Positions 28,172-42,196 of a stretch of 64,000 bases of DNA are shown in pieces; position 1 is the stretch's first letter; each line of letters starts with the position of its first letter. This DNA is from Eledone cirrhosa (taxonomy: Eukaryota). Both the position numbers and the translations under genes were made by a program. The stretch lies in assembly GCA_964016885.1 (NCBI GenBank), contig OZ024743.1, positions 93,806,001 through 93,870,000 of the forward strand, in the 5' to 3' direction. The notes beneath the pieces were generated by a model. The model worked only from the letters and a program-made list of their open reading frames with translations, did not search any database and was not told the origin of the DNA.

Positions 28172-28813
28172 AACGAACTAAGGAAAAAATTAGAGATAAG
28201 AGGGATCAAATGTTGTTTACTCGAGAGAAGGCTACGTTGGTATGGACACGTGATGCGCATGAAAGTCGATAGCTGTATAACAAAGTGCAGGGCAATAAAG
28301 ATAGACGGTAGTCACGGAATAGGCAGACCTAGAAAAACCTGGGACGAGCTGATAAACTCCGACCTCACACACTTACACCTCTCCAAGACAATGTCACTGG
28401 ACCGAGACCTTTGGCGGTACTCAGTAACAGAGAAGACCCGCCTTGCCAGTAGGCATCTCTAACAAAATACACCCCGTCCCGCCACCACCCCCACCCATCC
28501 ACACCACCCCGTTCTATGTAAAGTTATGTTGGTGCCGCGCCATCCAGGCCGAAACAAATGAGATCGTGTAGGTGTCACGACAAAAAAACACACAGTCCAC
28601 GCTGTAATGTGGCCGTGTAGGCAACACGGTAATAACCTCCCAGACCCACACTGTAAATGTGGTTGGTGTTAGGAAGGGCATCCAACTGTAGAAAACCTGC
28701 CAGACAGTCCTATGCGAGCAAGACAATCACTCTTGCCTCAAGTGGGACTACCCCCGTCCAAACCCATGCAAGCGTGGAACACGGACGTTAAACGTTGATG
28801 ATGATGATGATGA
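28171..28813 (+). mobile_element. 5'-truncated RTE family B copy
   Basis: [18 protein letters not shown] plus the family B 3' UTR and (ATG)n tail. Confidence 0.93.
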
Positions 28814-28832
28814 TATATATACATATATATAT

Positions 28833-29016
<184 letters not shown>

Positions 29017-29220
29017 CACATATATATATATATATATATATTATATATACACATATATATATATATATATATATTATATATACACATATATATATATATA
29101 TATATATTATATATACACATATATATATATATATATATATTATATATACACATATATATATATATATATATATTATATATACACATATATATATATATAC
29201 ACATATATATATATATACAC

Positions 29221-29253
<33 letters not shown>

Positions 29254-29266
29254 ATATATTATATAT

Positions 29267-29307
<41 letters not shown>

Positions 29308-29674
29308 TATATATATACACATATATATATATATATACACATATATATATATATATATACACATATATATATATATACACATATATATATATATATACAC
29401 ATATATATATATATATACACATATATATATATATATACACATATATATATATATACACATATATATATATATATACACACATATATATATATATATACAC
29501 ACATATATATATATATATACACACATATATATATATATATACACACATATATATATGTATATACACACATATATATATATATATACACACATATATATAT
29601 ATATACACACATATATATATATATATACACACATATATATATATATACACACATATATATATATATATACACAC

Positions 29675-29730
<56 letters not shown>

Positions 29731-29736
<6 letters not shown>

Positions 29737-30970
29737 GTCGTAATTATGAGTCTGTTGGGAGGTGCATTCTTCATGGTTGAGGGAGTTAGTGTTTATAACA
29801 GACACTCTGTCACGTCTTCTGGTAAGGATATAATCTACCTGGCTGGTATGTTCCCCTGATCTGTAGGTGATCAAGTGATTGTCTCGTTTTTTGAAGTTAG
29901 TGTTACAGATAGTTAGGTTATTTGCATCACAGAATTCCAGGATTCTGGAGCCTTCCTCGTTTCTAGTACCAAACCCATAGCCTCCGTGGATTCCGTCATA
30001 GCCGTCACAATGTTGTCCAACGTGACCATTTAGGTCGCCAGCAATAATTATATAGTCACTGTCGGTTATTTGGGAGGTAGTGAGCATCAGTGTCTCATAG
30101 AATCTGTCTTTTATAGCGCCAGGCAGTCCGGATTGGGGGGCATACGCAGATATTACTGTCACAGTAGTTCTATTTAGAACAAGTCTTATTTTAATTATTC
30201 TGTCATTCACTCTATTTACGTCTATTATCTTATCCACCCATTTTTCTGCTAACATGATTCCTACCCCACCCAGCTCATTGCATTTCCCACCCAGAACAGC
30301 TTATAGCATCGTTTTTTACCCACAATGAATCTAGCAGACTCGCCCCTCCACCTGGTCTCTTGGATACAGCAAACATCAACCTCCTTACGTTCAACCATTT
30401 CTACTACCTCGTTAGAGCGGCCTTTTAAGGTGCCTACATTCATGGTACCAACTCTGAAGTTTTGGATTGCGTTTGGTGGGTGGGGCGCAGTGAGGGAGAT
30501 GGGGTTGGGGTTATGTTGGCCATCCGCGGCCACAACAAAGTGGAAGGGGCCTTGCCCTTTCGTCCGGCAGCATGAGGTGAATTTGTCGTTATCTTTGGCA
30601 TTGTCTTCGAGTGTCCAGATTCTTCAGACTCTCCAGAAATTCCTTAGTCCATCCATCATATCGAAAAGCAACCAGAAGTGATAGCATAGGCCGTTGACTT
30701 GTGATTGGTCCAAATAATAAAGGTGGAGAGTGGGGGCGGAAGGGTGGGGTATGGGGTAGTTAGCGAGAAGATTATTTAGAACAGTGAGACAGAATTATAG
30801 AATAGCAATTATGAAGTAGGATTTGGATTCTGGGCGATTATAGATATATCGATGAATGAACCGAAGGGTGGGGAGACAAGAAAATGTTATTTATACATTA
30901 CATTTCGTAGAAGTGGACTGACCATTAATAAGAGTTGACAAATTCTGAGTTTTGTCCCTCGTAACAGGCT
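29731..30970 (-). mobile_element. 5' portion of an RTE LINE: leader plus frameshifted APE endonuclease
   Basis: GTMNVGTL..CIQETRW (30261-30533), then [28 protein letters not shown] (29731-30255); frameshift near 30260. Confidence 0.9.
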
Positions 30971-31163
30971 TATGTATATGTATGTATATATGTGTATGTA
31001 TGTGTATATGTATATATATATATATGTATGTGTATATGTATATATATGTATGTGTATATGTATGTATATATGTATATGTATGTATATATGTATGTATATG
31101 TATGTGTATAGCCTGGCAAGCAGGGAAAAGCGGACGTATGATGATGATATATATATGTATGTA

Positions 31164-32684
31164 TACCTAGCTAAAAGTAAGCCGAGGAAAAGTACCTAGC
31201 TAAAAGTAAGCCGCTCCACCTGGCATTCGTCGATCTCGAGAAAGCCTTTCACAGAGTTCCCTGTGCTATAATCTGTTGGGCTCTTAGAAAACTAGGAGTA
31301 GATGAATGGCTTGTGAAAACTGTACAAGCCATGTATAGGGGAGCAGTCAGCAAAGTTAGGATTAGCAATGAGTATAGCGAGGAATTTAGCATACAGGACG
31401 GTGTCCACCAGGGCTTTGTTCTTAGCCCTCTCCTGTTCATCATAGTCCTGCAGGCAATAACGGAGGAGTTTAAGACCGGATGTCCATGGGAACGCCTGTT
31501 TGCAGATGACCTCGCACTTATAGCTGAATCTATGGTAGAACTAGAGAAGAAATTCCAAACTTGGAAGCAGGGACTAGAAAGAAAGGGTCTCAAATCAACC
31601 TGACAATGACTAAGGTCCTTGTAAGTAGACGAGAAAACAGAACCCAGATCCCCTCAGGGAAATGGTCTTGCTCAGTATGTAAGAAAGGTGTAGGTAGGAA
31701 CTCCATTCTCTGTCCCAAATACACAAGAGATGTAGCGGGATCTCAGGAAGCTTAACTAAGAATGTAGGCTTCACATGTAGCAGCTGTGCTGGGACAGCAA
31801 GCAGCAAACAGCCACAGGAAACAAGTACCACCAAACTCTGGGAGGGCTCTATAGAAACAGTAGACAGCTTCTGCTACCTAGGTGACCGAATTAGCAGCGG
31901 AGGTGGGTGTTCGGAAAGTACAATAACTAGGTTAAGAACGGGATGGAAGAAGTTCAGGGAGCTACTGCCACTGCAAAAGGCTTTTCCCTCAAAATGAAAG
32001 GCAGACTGTATGATGCGTGTATACAAACAGCAATGTTACTTGGTAGTGAGACCTGGGCGCTGTCTGTGGATTACTTGCGTGGATTAGAAAGAAACGAAAC
32101 CTGCATGCTCCGGTGGATGTGTAATAGTAATGAAACGCGAACGGCAAAGCATAAATGAATTGAGAGAGAGACTGAGCATAAGAGGAATCAAATGCTGTAT
32201 GCAGGAGAGGCGGTTGCGTTGGTATGGATATGTGATGCTTATGAAGGATGACAGTTGCATTAAAAGGTGCAGAGCACTAGAAGTCGATGGAAACCGCGGA
32301 GTGGGGAGACCCAAGAAGACCTGCGATGAGGTGATAAAAGCCGACCTTACCCAATTACACCTCTCAAAGGTGATGGCACATGACCGTGACCTCTGGCGTC
32401 GCGCAGTAATACAGAAGATCCCCCCCCCCCCCCCCCACGGGTACAAGCCGAAGCTGAAGCATATAGACAATATGCCTCCACACCCTCCCACTGTAAAGTC
32501 GGAAAAAGCACCCAGCACTCACTGTAAATGAGGTTGCTGGTAGGAAGGGCATCCAGCTGTAGAAATTAAGCCAGAATCAGTTCCCGTAGGAGCAAGACAA
32601 GGTTAGCCGACCGGACACTGCCCACAACAGGACAACCTGTCTAACCCATGCTAGCGTGTAAGAACGGACGTAAAATGGTGAGGG
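31164..32684 (+). mobile_element. degenerate RTE LINE, family C
   Basis: [30 protein letters not shown] in several frames; tail ending ACCCATGCTAGCGTGTAAGAACGGACGTAAAATG. Confidence 0.9.
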
Positions 32685-32711
32685 TGATAGATATATATAT
32701 ATATATCTAAT

Positions 32712-33055
32712 GGAGGCACATGGCTTAGTGGTTAGAGCATTGGCCTTGCAATCGAAAGGTTGTGAGTTCAATTCTCAGACCGGGTGATGTGTTGTTTCCT
32801 TGAGCAAGACACTTTATTTCACATCGCTCCAGTTTACTCAGCTGTAGAAATGAGATGATAGGGACTGGGGTCCATATCATTGCACTGCAAGGTGGTCGTG
32901 GAGGTGCCACGGCAAAAAAGCACCCAGCACTCACTGTAAATGAGGTTGGTGTTAGGAAGGGCATCCAGCTGTAGAAATCAAGCCAGAGATCAGTTCCCGT
33001 CCCACCCTTGCAAGCAGGGAAAAAGTGGACATAAAATGAAATGATGATGATGATG
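32712..33055 (+). mobile_element. tRNA-derived SINE with CORE-like domain and RTE family A tail
   Basis: Box A TGGCTTAGTGG, box B GTTCAATTC, CCTTGAGCAAGACACTT..CAGTTTACTCAGCTGTAGAAATGAG, tail CCCACCCTTGCAAGCAGGGAAAA..(ATG)n; three copies in the window. Confidence 0.9.
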
Positions 33056-33102
33056 TTATAATTGTTTCTATATATATAATGTGTGTGTATTAATCCTTTA
33101 TA

Positions 33103-33385
33103 TAATTCCTATCATTATCGATGACTTTCCTCCATTGGTGATTTGGATGAGAAGGAAGGGAAGTCAGTTTCAACCTCTTTGGCGTTTTTGAGTTCAAACC
33201 CATCTAAATTATTTTGTAAGCTTCGAAACAAATGGTAATCAGTTTGAGCAGTAAGTATCGCATTAGTTGGTAGCAACTCAAATTGGATGACTTCAACTCC
33301 ATCCCACCAAACACAGAAGGACCTGCATGGACATCACTTTTGGGTTGTGGTTTAGCCTGTTCTCCACTACTCAGCCATTGTATCA
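33103..33385 (-). pseudogene. internally deleted mariner transposase remnant
   Basis: Minus-strand pieces QWLSSGEQAKPQPK, WWDGVEVIQFELLP, DYHLFRSLQNNLDG and QWRKVIDNDRNY match mariner (Mos1/Hsmar-type) motifs. Confidence 0.7.
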
Positions 33386-34492
33386 CTTAGGATGTTTGTA
33401 CACTGTTTGAATGTATATATAGAGCAATGTAAATAGTAAAGGGTTAATCAAAAATAGTCTCTGGAACTGGACAGGTTATTTATACGTTGATGGAAGCAGG
33501 GAGTCAGTTATCCACAGCATTCATCTTTGATTGTATTGTCTGCTAAGCTGCTTTTTAAAAGCAGAATTAAGGTGTTCCACTCATTGCTATATATCTTCTT
33601 TTGTTTTTTCCTAATACTGGCATTTTGGCAATCATCTTCATTTCTTCTGAAAGATTGACCAATAGTTATTTCTTGTCTATTATTTCCCTGTATTGCAACT
33701 ATCCACCAGTTATATATTTAATTTTCTTCTGTCTTGTCTTTTTATAGTTAACGAGATGCTTTAAATCTGTTTGCTAGAATTTAGAAATTGCTGCTAGTCT
33801 ATTAAAAAAAAAAAAACCCATTATATTGATCTTCCATACTGTCATCATGACAGTTTTAAATTCAATAGCATGCACAATCTGTTCTAATATAACAGTAATT
33901 AAAACAAAAATGTATAGTTTAAATAGACTGCTTTCTGTCCCTTCATTTCATGTGTATCTCCATTACCTTTTTATAGAAAGGATAATTTCTATACCAGATC
34001 ACATAACGTGATTATAATGCAGCTTTTGTCTCTAATAATTGATATCTTAATTATGTATGAAACCATCCATTTCTGGAGACTGGTCATGATAGTACTGGTG
34101 CAACGCTGTTACAATACATTGTTTGGTAGACTGTCCTAATAGGGATGAAGTAGTAGAATAATTGGTGTGATGCTGGAATATAAATGGAGGCCATAATTGA
34201 GATGATTTCTTGGTATTGTGTCCAAGTTTAATCCCCCCCCCCCCCCTCCTCTCATAAAAAAAGAACAAATCCCCAAAATAACATACAAGGGCCTTAGTCA
34301 TAGTCATGAGTGGTTATTTCAGAAAAGCTAATGTAAAGTGTAACATAGGTGAATTGAAATAATTCATGATCAAGAGTTTATCAAAGTTCCATCAGTTCTT
34401 TTATTTTTGTGATTTCAAAGCCTTTGTTGTTGATGGTTTGGATTAAGCTTGTGTAAAAATTCAATTTTCAGTTGTCTTTTAAGGTATTTTTA

Positions 34493-35860
34493 TCATTTTA
34501 CGTTCATCTTGCCATGCTGCCTTGGGTTGGGTAGGCTGTGGAGTCATTGTCCTTCTTAATACATTTTGTTTTGGCAAGGTTCTACAGCTGGATACCTATC
34601 TTAACACCATTTATATGTAGTGTATTGGGTGCAATAGATGGGTAATGGCAGGAAAGGTAGTGGTAATGGTAATAGTAATAATGATTGACTGGGGAGGGGT
34701 TGAGTATAGACAGTCCAAATGCCATAGCAAGGTACATGGTGGCTGTGTAGAGGATGGGAGGGTAGGTAGTAGGAAGTGTATGGCAGAGAGGGCAGTAGGA
34801 GCATATTGGGTGTTTGATTGTTGGGCAGGTCATGTCCAGTTTCATGTGGTGCCAATTATCATGAGATTTGGCTTCTTCAGGTCAATCTTCATTTTGTCTA
34901 CCTGGATGTACTCCTTTCAGTTTCCATCCACTTTCAGTGCCTTGTACTTTTTATACAGCTGTCATCATCCATATACATCACCTGTACAGTCTTCTGTCTT
35001 GCTCACTACATCGTATTCCTCTTATATCCTGTTTTTCTCTCAACTCATTCATGCACACTAACTTTACAGAACATGATCGCTTATTTTCTTGCATTGAAAG
35101 TCCACATTTTACAGCCATACAAGCACCACTATTCTCATGCAGGCACCATACTGTCTCCCTCTTCACTTCCTTTATTGCCAGCAGTGGTAATAAATCCTGG
35201 AATTTTTCCAATACGTTTTTTAAAAATCTAGTTGTTATACTTTCAAAGCACTGCTAACTAGGTCACCTAGATAATAAAATCTGTTAACTTTTAGGGAGTC
35301 ATCCAATCATTTTAGAGAATCTATTTCATATGTACTTATTGTTCTTGGGCATCTTGCTGCATACAGTCTGATAGTCTGCATGCAATTCCACTACGTCTTG
35401 TGCATAGTTCATAATATGGAATTTTTGCATATCATGCAAAGTCATTTCTATAATGGTACCTGGGATCATCAGTCTTTCTTGCTTATTAAAAATGTAATAT
35501 TTTCTAAATATACTTTGAGGCCTATTGATTCATGTCTGTAACTCTTTCACTAATTCAGCTATAAGGACAAGGCTATCATCATATAGGGGTTCCCATTGAC
35601 AACTAGTCTTAAGCTCTTGTTATGGCCTGGAAGATTGATAAACACAAGGGAGCTGAAAACTGAGCCCTTGTGAACTACCTGTATACTAAATTTGTCATTG
35701 TGCTCATTGCTAACTTTCACTTTGCTGGTTGCACCTCTGTACATGGCTAATGGGGCTTTCACATGCCATTCGTCTACATTTCCTTAGCAAACACCAGACT
35801 GCACAGTGTGGCACTCTTTCAAAGGCTTTTTCAAGGTTGACAAATACTAGATACAGAGAT
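34493..35860 (-). mobile_element. old, heavily degraded RTE LINE
   Basis: LYLVFVNLEKAFERVP, VHKGSVFSSLVFI, KFQDLLPLLA, ELREKQDIRGIRC in broken frames; degenerate RTE-type tail at about 34495-34620. Confidence 0.8.
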
Positions 35861-36684
35861 ATCATTATCATTCTGCTTGAACCAATCTGGATGCCTCTGT
35901 GGTTGCTCAACCTACTAAAAACAACAGCAAAATGTTTTAAAATCATAGTCGACTGTCTTAGGAAAGGGGTGAAAGGTAGGTTACTGCTTTGGGCAGACGG
36001 TTTGTCAACCTTGGCCAGAAGCTGATCTGAGTCATGGAAAAGACTGATTAAAACCTCCTGCTTCCTTGTGACTATACCCTGAGGAAAAATTTAGAGTTGG
36101 GGTCCCTAATCAGCAACCCTTGTGGTGGTGCTGGAACCATGTATACCATCACTTGCCTTTCTATTGGATTATTTCAGTGTTGTGGCATGGGAGGGGGCTA
36201 CTGCATGGTAACAGTTCCCTGTATCTACCTACCTAGGCTTTGTGCAATGGGCAAGCATCCAATGCACAACTCTGTTGTCTCATGTGACTAATGGATGCCT
36301 ATAACTATACTGTACATACCCCCAAAGAGACGTGATGGTTATAGCTGGATCATACATCTGCTCAATCTGTATTAACTGAGGTTAAACAATTCCCATGAGC
36401 ATGTCTAGTTGACAAATTCATTTCCTACTTCATTAGTTGAGTGGTTAGCATTAGGAAGGGATTTCAACTTTTAAAATATTTTCTGTAACATGTAAATGTT
36501 CAAATATGTAAGAATCCTCTTACACCTGCTGTTGAAACCATATAATTCACAAGATGGGTTTACTGTGCTGTTAATATGGATTAGCCCTTTAGCATTTACA
36601 TTACTCTATATTTACTGTTGTATTTTCGTAGTAAAGACTTTACTTCACATAATTATTTCACATAGTATCGAATCTCTCTCTCTC

Positions 36685-36884
36685 NNNNNNNNNNNNNNNN
36701 NNNNNNNNNNNNNNNNNNNNNNNNNNNNNNNNNNNNNNNNNNNNNNNNNNNNNNNNNNNNNNNNNNNNNNNNNNNNNNNNNNNNNNNNNNNNNNNNNNNN
36801 NNNNNNNNNNNNNNNNNNNNNNNNNNNNNNNNNNNNNNNNNNNNNNNNNNNNNNNNNNNNNNNNNNNNNNNNNNNNNNNNNNNN
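36685..36884. other. assembly gap (200 N)
   Basis: Run of N preceded by (CT)n. Confidence 1.
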
Positions 36885-38027
36885 TATTTTCTTCTCTTCA
36901 TAAGAAATAATAATCCGCTGTGATAACTTAATTTCAAACTCAACTGTTTTTTAGGAAAGAATAAAGACAAATCTTTGTATTAAACTTTCTAATGTGATTA
37001 TAGTGAAATTATCTGATTTTCTATCAGAGTACACATACATACACACAAACACATACATACACACAAACACATACATACACACAAACACATACATACACAC
37101 AAACACATACATACACACAAACACACATACCACCTGATGTCTGGGTGTTTTCTTTTTTGAAATTTCAAGTAAATTACAGCAAATGTTTATGGTGTTCTTT
37201 ACATACACACTGATTAACTAACTTGTACAGTTTCAGTGATACATATGCATATACAGGATTTCAATTACATGTACATACACACACCCACCACAAACACGCA
37301 TATGCACATGTTCCTCCCAAAGAGACAAAATCGTAAATACACACAATCACGTAGAAACAGACTTTATAATGTATGTATGAATGTATACACACATCTCTAA
37401 TATGTATCTATGGAATCTATAATCATCTATACACTGACATACATCCACATAATGGCTATATCCGAGTTCATACAGACATGTACACATACACATGTACAAA
37501 TTCTTTTTTTTTTTTTTTCACTCATTTGACTGGTCGTGCATAAGTAGGTTTAGCTGGTTCCCTATGAATGATTTAGTGATAGGGCTCCAGTCCTATTATG
37601 TTGCCATTTTACCAACATTGACCCTCAAAAAGATGAAAGATGAAGTAGATCTGTGGGATTTGAACTTAGTGTAGAGATGAAACAAATACAGCAAGGCATT
37701 TTTCAGATCAGTGGCTTGTCTGGGAGGTAGCCACCACTTCAGTACTGACTTGGTCTATGTAGACCCTTCCAACCCTTGCTAGCAGCAATGCCAATTGTGA
37801 TGTTTTGACTGCCAATTTGCTGCCTAATGTTTTTTTTTTTTTTGTACCAACTGTTCAAGTCTTTGTTTCAGACATTTAACCTAAACGTTTTCCCCTTGCT
37901 TTGTTATTCTAGGGTATATAAGAATATAGCAAGATTGCTATATACATTTCAAATTCATTTTTTATAATAGGTGATTTTTGTTAAATACTCAACTTCCTGT
38001 TGTGATTTAATAGAAAATATCTAAAAA

Positions 38028-39560
38028 TCATCATCATGATCATCATCGTTTAACGTCCATCTTCCACGCTTGCATGGGTTTGGACGGGAGTTTTCCCACT
38101 TGAGGCAAGAGTGGTTGTCTTGCTCGCATAGGACTGTCTGGCAGGTTTTCTACGGCTGGATGCCCTTCCTAACACCAACCACGTTTACAGTGTGGAACTG
38201 GGAGGTTTTTACTGTGTTACCTACACGGCCACATTACAGCGTGGACTGTTTTTTTTTGTCGTGACACCTACACGACCTCATTTGTTTCGGACTGGGGCGG
38301 TGTGGATGGGGTGGGGGTAGTGGGACGGGGGGTGTATTTTTGTTGGAGGTGCCTACTGACTGTAGTAGGTTTCACTTTGTACTTAGGTAAGGCGTGTCTT
38401 CTGTATTACTGTGTAGCGCCAAAGATCTCGGTCCAGTGACATTGTCTTGGAGAGGTGTAAGTGTGAGGTCGGAATTTATCAAGTCGTCCCAGGTTTTTCT
38501 GGGTCTGCCTACTCCGTGGCTACCGTCTATTTTTATTGCCCTGCACTTTTTTATACAGCTGTCTTTCATGCGCATCATGTGACCATACCAACGTAGTCTT
38601 CTCTCGAGTAAACAACATCTGATCCCTCTTATTTCTAATTTTTCCCTTAGTTCGTTTATGCTTTGCCGTTCACGTATATTACTATTACACATCCAGCGGC
38701 GCATGCAAGCTTCGTTCCTCTCCAGTCTGCGTATATCATCTGCACACAATGCCCAGGTCTCACTGCCATGTAACATTGCTGTTCGTATGCAGGCATCATA
38801 CAGCCTGCCTTTCATTTTTAGAGAGAACCCTTTAGCGGCTAATTTTTTCCATCCAGTTCTGACTCTAGCTACTGTACTTTCAGAGCACCCTCCACCACTG
38901 CTGATTTTGTCACCCAAGTAACAGAAGGTGTCCACTATTTCTATAGAACCATCTGTGCAATGGAATGAGCTAGTATTCTGTGGGCACTTGCTGCTACTTA
39001 TTGCACCAGACCACCGGCCACATATAAAATATATGTTCTTAGTTAGCTTACCTGTGATCCCACTACATCTTTTATGCACCCATACTTTGCATTTGGGACA
39101 TAAAATGGAGTTTCTACCTACTCCTTTCCTACACACTGAGCATGGCCATTTCCCGGATGGGACCGGTGCCCTATTTTCCTTCCTACAAACTAGAACTTTA
39201 GTCTTAGACAGGTTAATTTTAAGGCCTTTTGATTCTAGGCCATGCTTCCATGTTTGGAGTTTCTTCTCTAGTTCGGCCATTGATTCAGCTATGAGCGTTA
39301 GATCATCTGCGTATAGGAGTTCCCGTGGGCAGCCAGTCTTGAACTCCACTGTTATAGCCTGAAGGGCAATAATAAATAGTAGGGGGCTAAGAACAGAGCC
39401 CTGATGAACACCAACTTTTACGCTAAACTCTTCACTATATTCGTTGTTAATTCTAACCTTGCTGACTGTTTCTTTATACATGTCTTGTATAGCTCTCACA
39501 AGCCATTCATCAACACCTAGTTTTCTAAGAGCCTACCAGATAATGGAACGGGGGACTTTG
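38028..39560 (-). mobile_element. 5'-truncated RTE family B copy (more diverged) in a TNPO1 intron
   Basis: ORF 38372-39499 RT with small deletions, family B 3' UTR, (CAT)n tail at about 38028. Confidence 0.93.
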
Positions 39561-39733
39561 TTAATTCAAATGTTTATGGTATTTTCACTAGTGGACAGAT
39601 ATTTGTGAAAATTTGCAATGTTCGACATTTGTATTTTTCAAAAATATTTTGATAATATACAGTACAGAACATGAAAATCTTTCAAATTAAGATATTTTGA
39701 TACTCTAATTCTATTCAATTGTTTTTATTGCAG

Positions 39734-39990
39734 ATGATCCAACTCGGTCACTCAGTGGTCTCATTCTCAAAAACAATGTTCGAGCCCACTTTGAAAAATT
39801 TCCATCGGAAGTCACTAATTTCATCAAGTCGGAATGCTTACAGAGTATTGGTGATTCTTCTCCTTTAATTCGGGCAACAATTGGCATTCTCATCACAACT
39901 ATAGTGGCTAAAGGGGAGTTGAGAAACTGGCCAGAGCTGTTACCCAGTCTTTGTCAATGCCTAGACTCAGAAGATTACAGTGTTTGTGAG
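39734..39990 (+). CDS. TNPO1: transportin-1 exon ([24 protein letters not shown])
   Basis: ttgcag acceptor, gtaaat donor; closely matches the human TNPO1 N-terminal HEAT repeats as I recall them. Confidence 0.95.
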
Positions 39991-40237
39991 GTAAATATTT
40001 TTTCAGAGTACATTATTATTGCTATAGTTTCATCCTAGGATATTTATGGATATTCGAAGGTTGATTAGGAAGTGAAATTGGTCTATATGTTCAGTTTAGT
40101 AGATTAGGACACACAACACTAGTTTGTTTCTTTTTCACATAATGTTTTCATTTTTGAGAAAGTCAAGTTTATATAACAACAATAATCATGTTATAAACCT
40201 AAATTCTTTTTCATTAATAACAAAATGTTATTTCCAG

Positions 40238-40371
40238 GGTGCATTTGGAGCAATGCAGAAAATCTGTGAAGATTCTACTGAGGCACTTGACAGTGATCTT
40301 GTGAATCGACCACTTAATATACTCATACCAAAGTTTCTTCACTTTTTTAAACACAATAGTGCTAAAATTCG
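40238..40371 (+). CDS. TNPO1: transportin-1 exon ([22 protein letters not shown])
   Basis: ttccag / gtaagt; phase 0 to 2. Confidence 0.96.
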
Positions 40372-40789
40372 GTAAGTTTTTGGATAATTTTTCTATTTTT
40401 TTCCCTTTGTCATATGCAGTGATCTTTAAACAGAATTTGTGTTCATAGAAGACTGCCATGCCATTATAGTATTTTACAGTGAGTTAATAAGTTTTGTAAG
40501 TAAAATCTATGTGGCATTTAGTTTTACTGTTTTCTAATCCTAATAGAAATCGTGTAATTTGAATTAGTGAATTGAAGTTTTCACCTGGTTTATTACTTCA
40601 AATATTTATAATTAGCAATAGTTCTGAATTGAATGTTTCTGATAACATTTGATGAGCCAAGAAATTACCATTTCATATTATCTACTACTGGGGTTTTATC
40701 TGTTTTCCCAGGTCCCACAATTGTTTACATTGTGCAATGAACGAAGTTTTAAATCATCATTTTTGCTTCTTGTTAAACTTCCTCCTTAA

Positions 40790-42031
40790 CCCTTTAACAT
40801 TTGCATTAATTTTCAAATGTCATGCTTATCTGTTCACGTGAATTGGTAGTATCGGTAGAGGGTTGGACGCCATGCTTTCTAGCATAGTTACGTCCCTTTA
40901 CAGTCTAAGTTCAAATCCCGCCGAGGTTAACTTTGCCTTTCATCCTTACGGGGTCGATAAAATAAAGTACCAGTAATGTACTGGGTAATTGCTGGCCTTG
41001 TGCCTAAAGTAGAAACAATTATTTTGAGTTAATCATACTCAAGAGGGTTATCAATTTTATTTGTTTGTAATTTTCTTAATTTTCTATGTGCAGGCTTGAA
41101 ATTTTGTCAGATGTTTAAATATCAGTAATTATATAATTTTACCTGATTTTTTTTTGGGGTTAAATTTGACTTTTATGGGCAGGTGAAATTAATTAATAGG
41201 GGCATTTGAAGTATCAACGAGGTGCAAATACTGGTTTAATTTTAAATACGTTGTTTTCGGCATAATACTTGATATATAAGGATCACTTAACCATATATTA
41301 GTGCTCCAGTAATTCCAGTCTTGGAAATTGTTTCATACCGAACATATTTACGGTAAAAAATGTATTTCTGCAGCACCTGTCAGTCGCCAAATAGATGGTT
41401 TTCCTCGATTTGAAATCTGTTGTTGGGCATATCGATTAATCTCTTCTGCCACAACTTCGAAGAAAGTTTGTGGTAAAAAGAAATAATCCAGTGCTTTAGC
41501 ATCGGGAGCTAATGTGTGTTGTGGACCAGTATTTTGAATAAAATCGGGAACATATATTGGTGTGGTATTTTTCAACCACGTTGCTGTAATATTTTCAATG
41601 ATGTCCAGATCTCCTTCATTTTCACTTTTAAAACAACAATCATTGTCGGATGAAATTTCAGAAATGTAAACATCAGATTCATTTGAAGATAAATCACTAA
41701 TATTATTGTTTGTTTCTTGTTCATTCTGAATGTCGTCGTGTGTAAAACCTTCAAAGTCGGTATCGCTACTTTCACAAGCCATGTTGATATACAAAAAAAT
41801 CTGTTCTACTTTCAACATTAAAAAAACTTGTGTTGTTTTAAGTTGTTTCACTATATTAAGTGTTAATTTTCATGGTAAGGGCCTAATCTCAAATTGACGA
41901 GATTTTGATGATGGTATTGCTTATTTTTAAAACAATATTTTAGTGTGGGTGTTATCGTCCGGTTTCGGGCAATTTGAACAAATGAAGGGGAAATAATTGC
42001 AGCCGGTTTGGGGCGGTTTGACACTAAAGGG
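40790..42031 (-). mobile_element. non-autonomous piggyBac deletion derivative
   Basis: TTAA-CCCTTTA...TAAAGGG-TTAA; N-terminal transposase MACESSDTDFEGF..; inverted homolog of 44820-45855. Confidence 0.92.
40838..41017 (+). mobile_element. tRNA-like SINE (second family) nested in piggyBac
   Basis: Absent from the sister element 44820-45855; close match to 60897-61077; box B GTTCAAATCC. Confidence 0.85.
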
Positions 42032-42196
42032 TTAAATAATAGGATATGTGGTAGTGAAGGTTGTTTCTATTTACTGTTTTACTGGTTTGAAACCTCCTTC
42101 CAATGACCATATTGGGACACTGCTATCGTATAATAATTTCTTACATTTTTTATTGCAATTCTTCATTTGTGAATAACTAAAATATAATTCTGTTAA

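Noticed and set aside
32712-32790. Possible tRNA genes (also 53650, 63659)
   Set aside because: No proper acceptor stem or terminator; they continue into a SINE body and LINE-derived tail
34047-34307. Minus-strand ORF with a possible acceptor (HHTNYSTTSS..)
   Set aside because: No recognisable homology or convincing partner exon
37700-37830. Possible intronic snoRNA
   Set aside because: No paired C/D or H/ACA architecture; contains a degenerate RTE/SINE tail motif (CCAACCCTTGCTAGCA)
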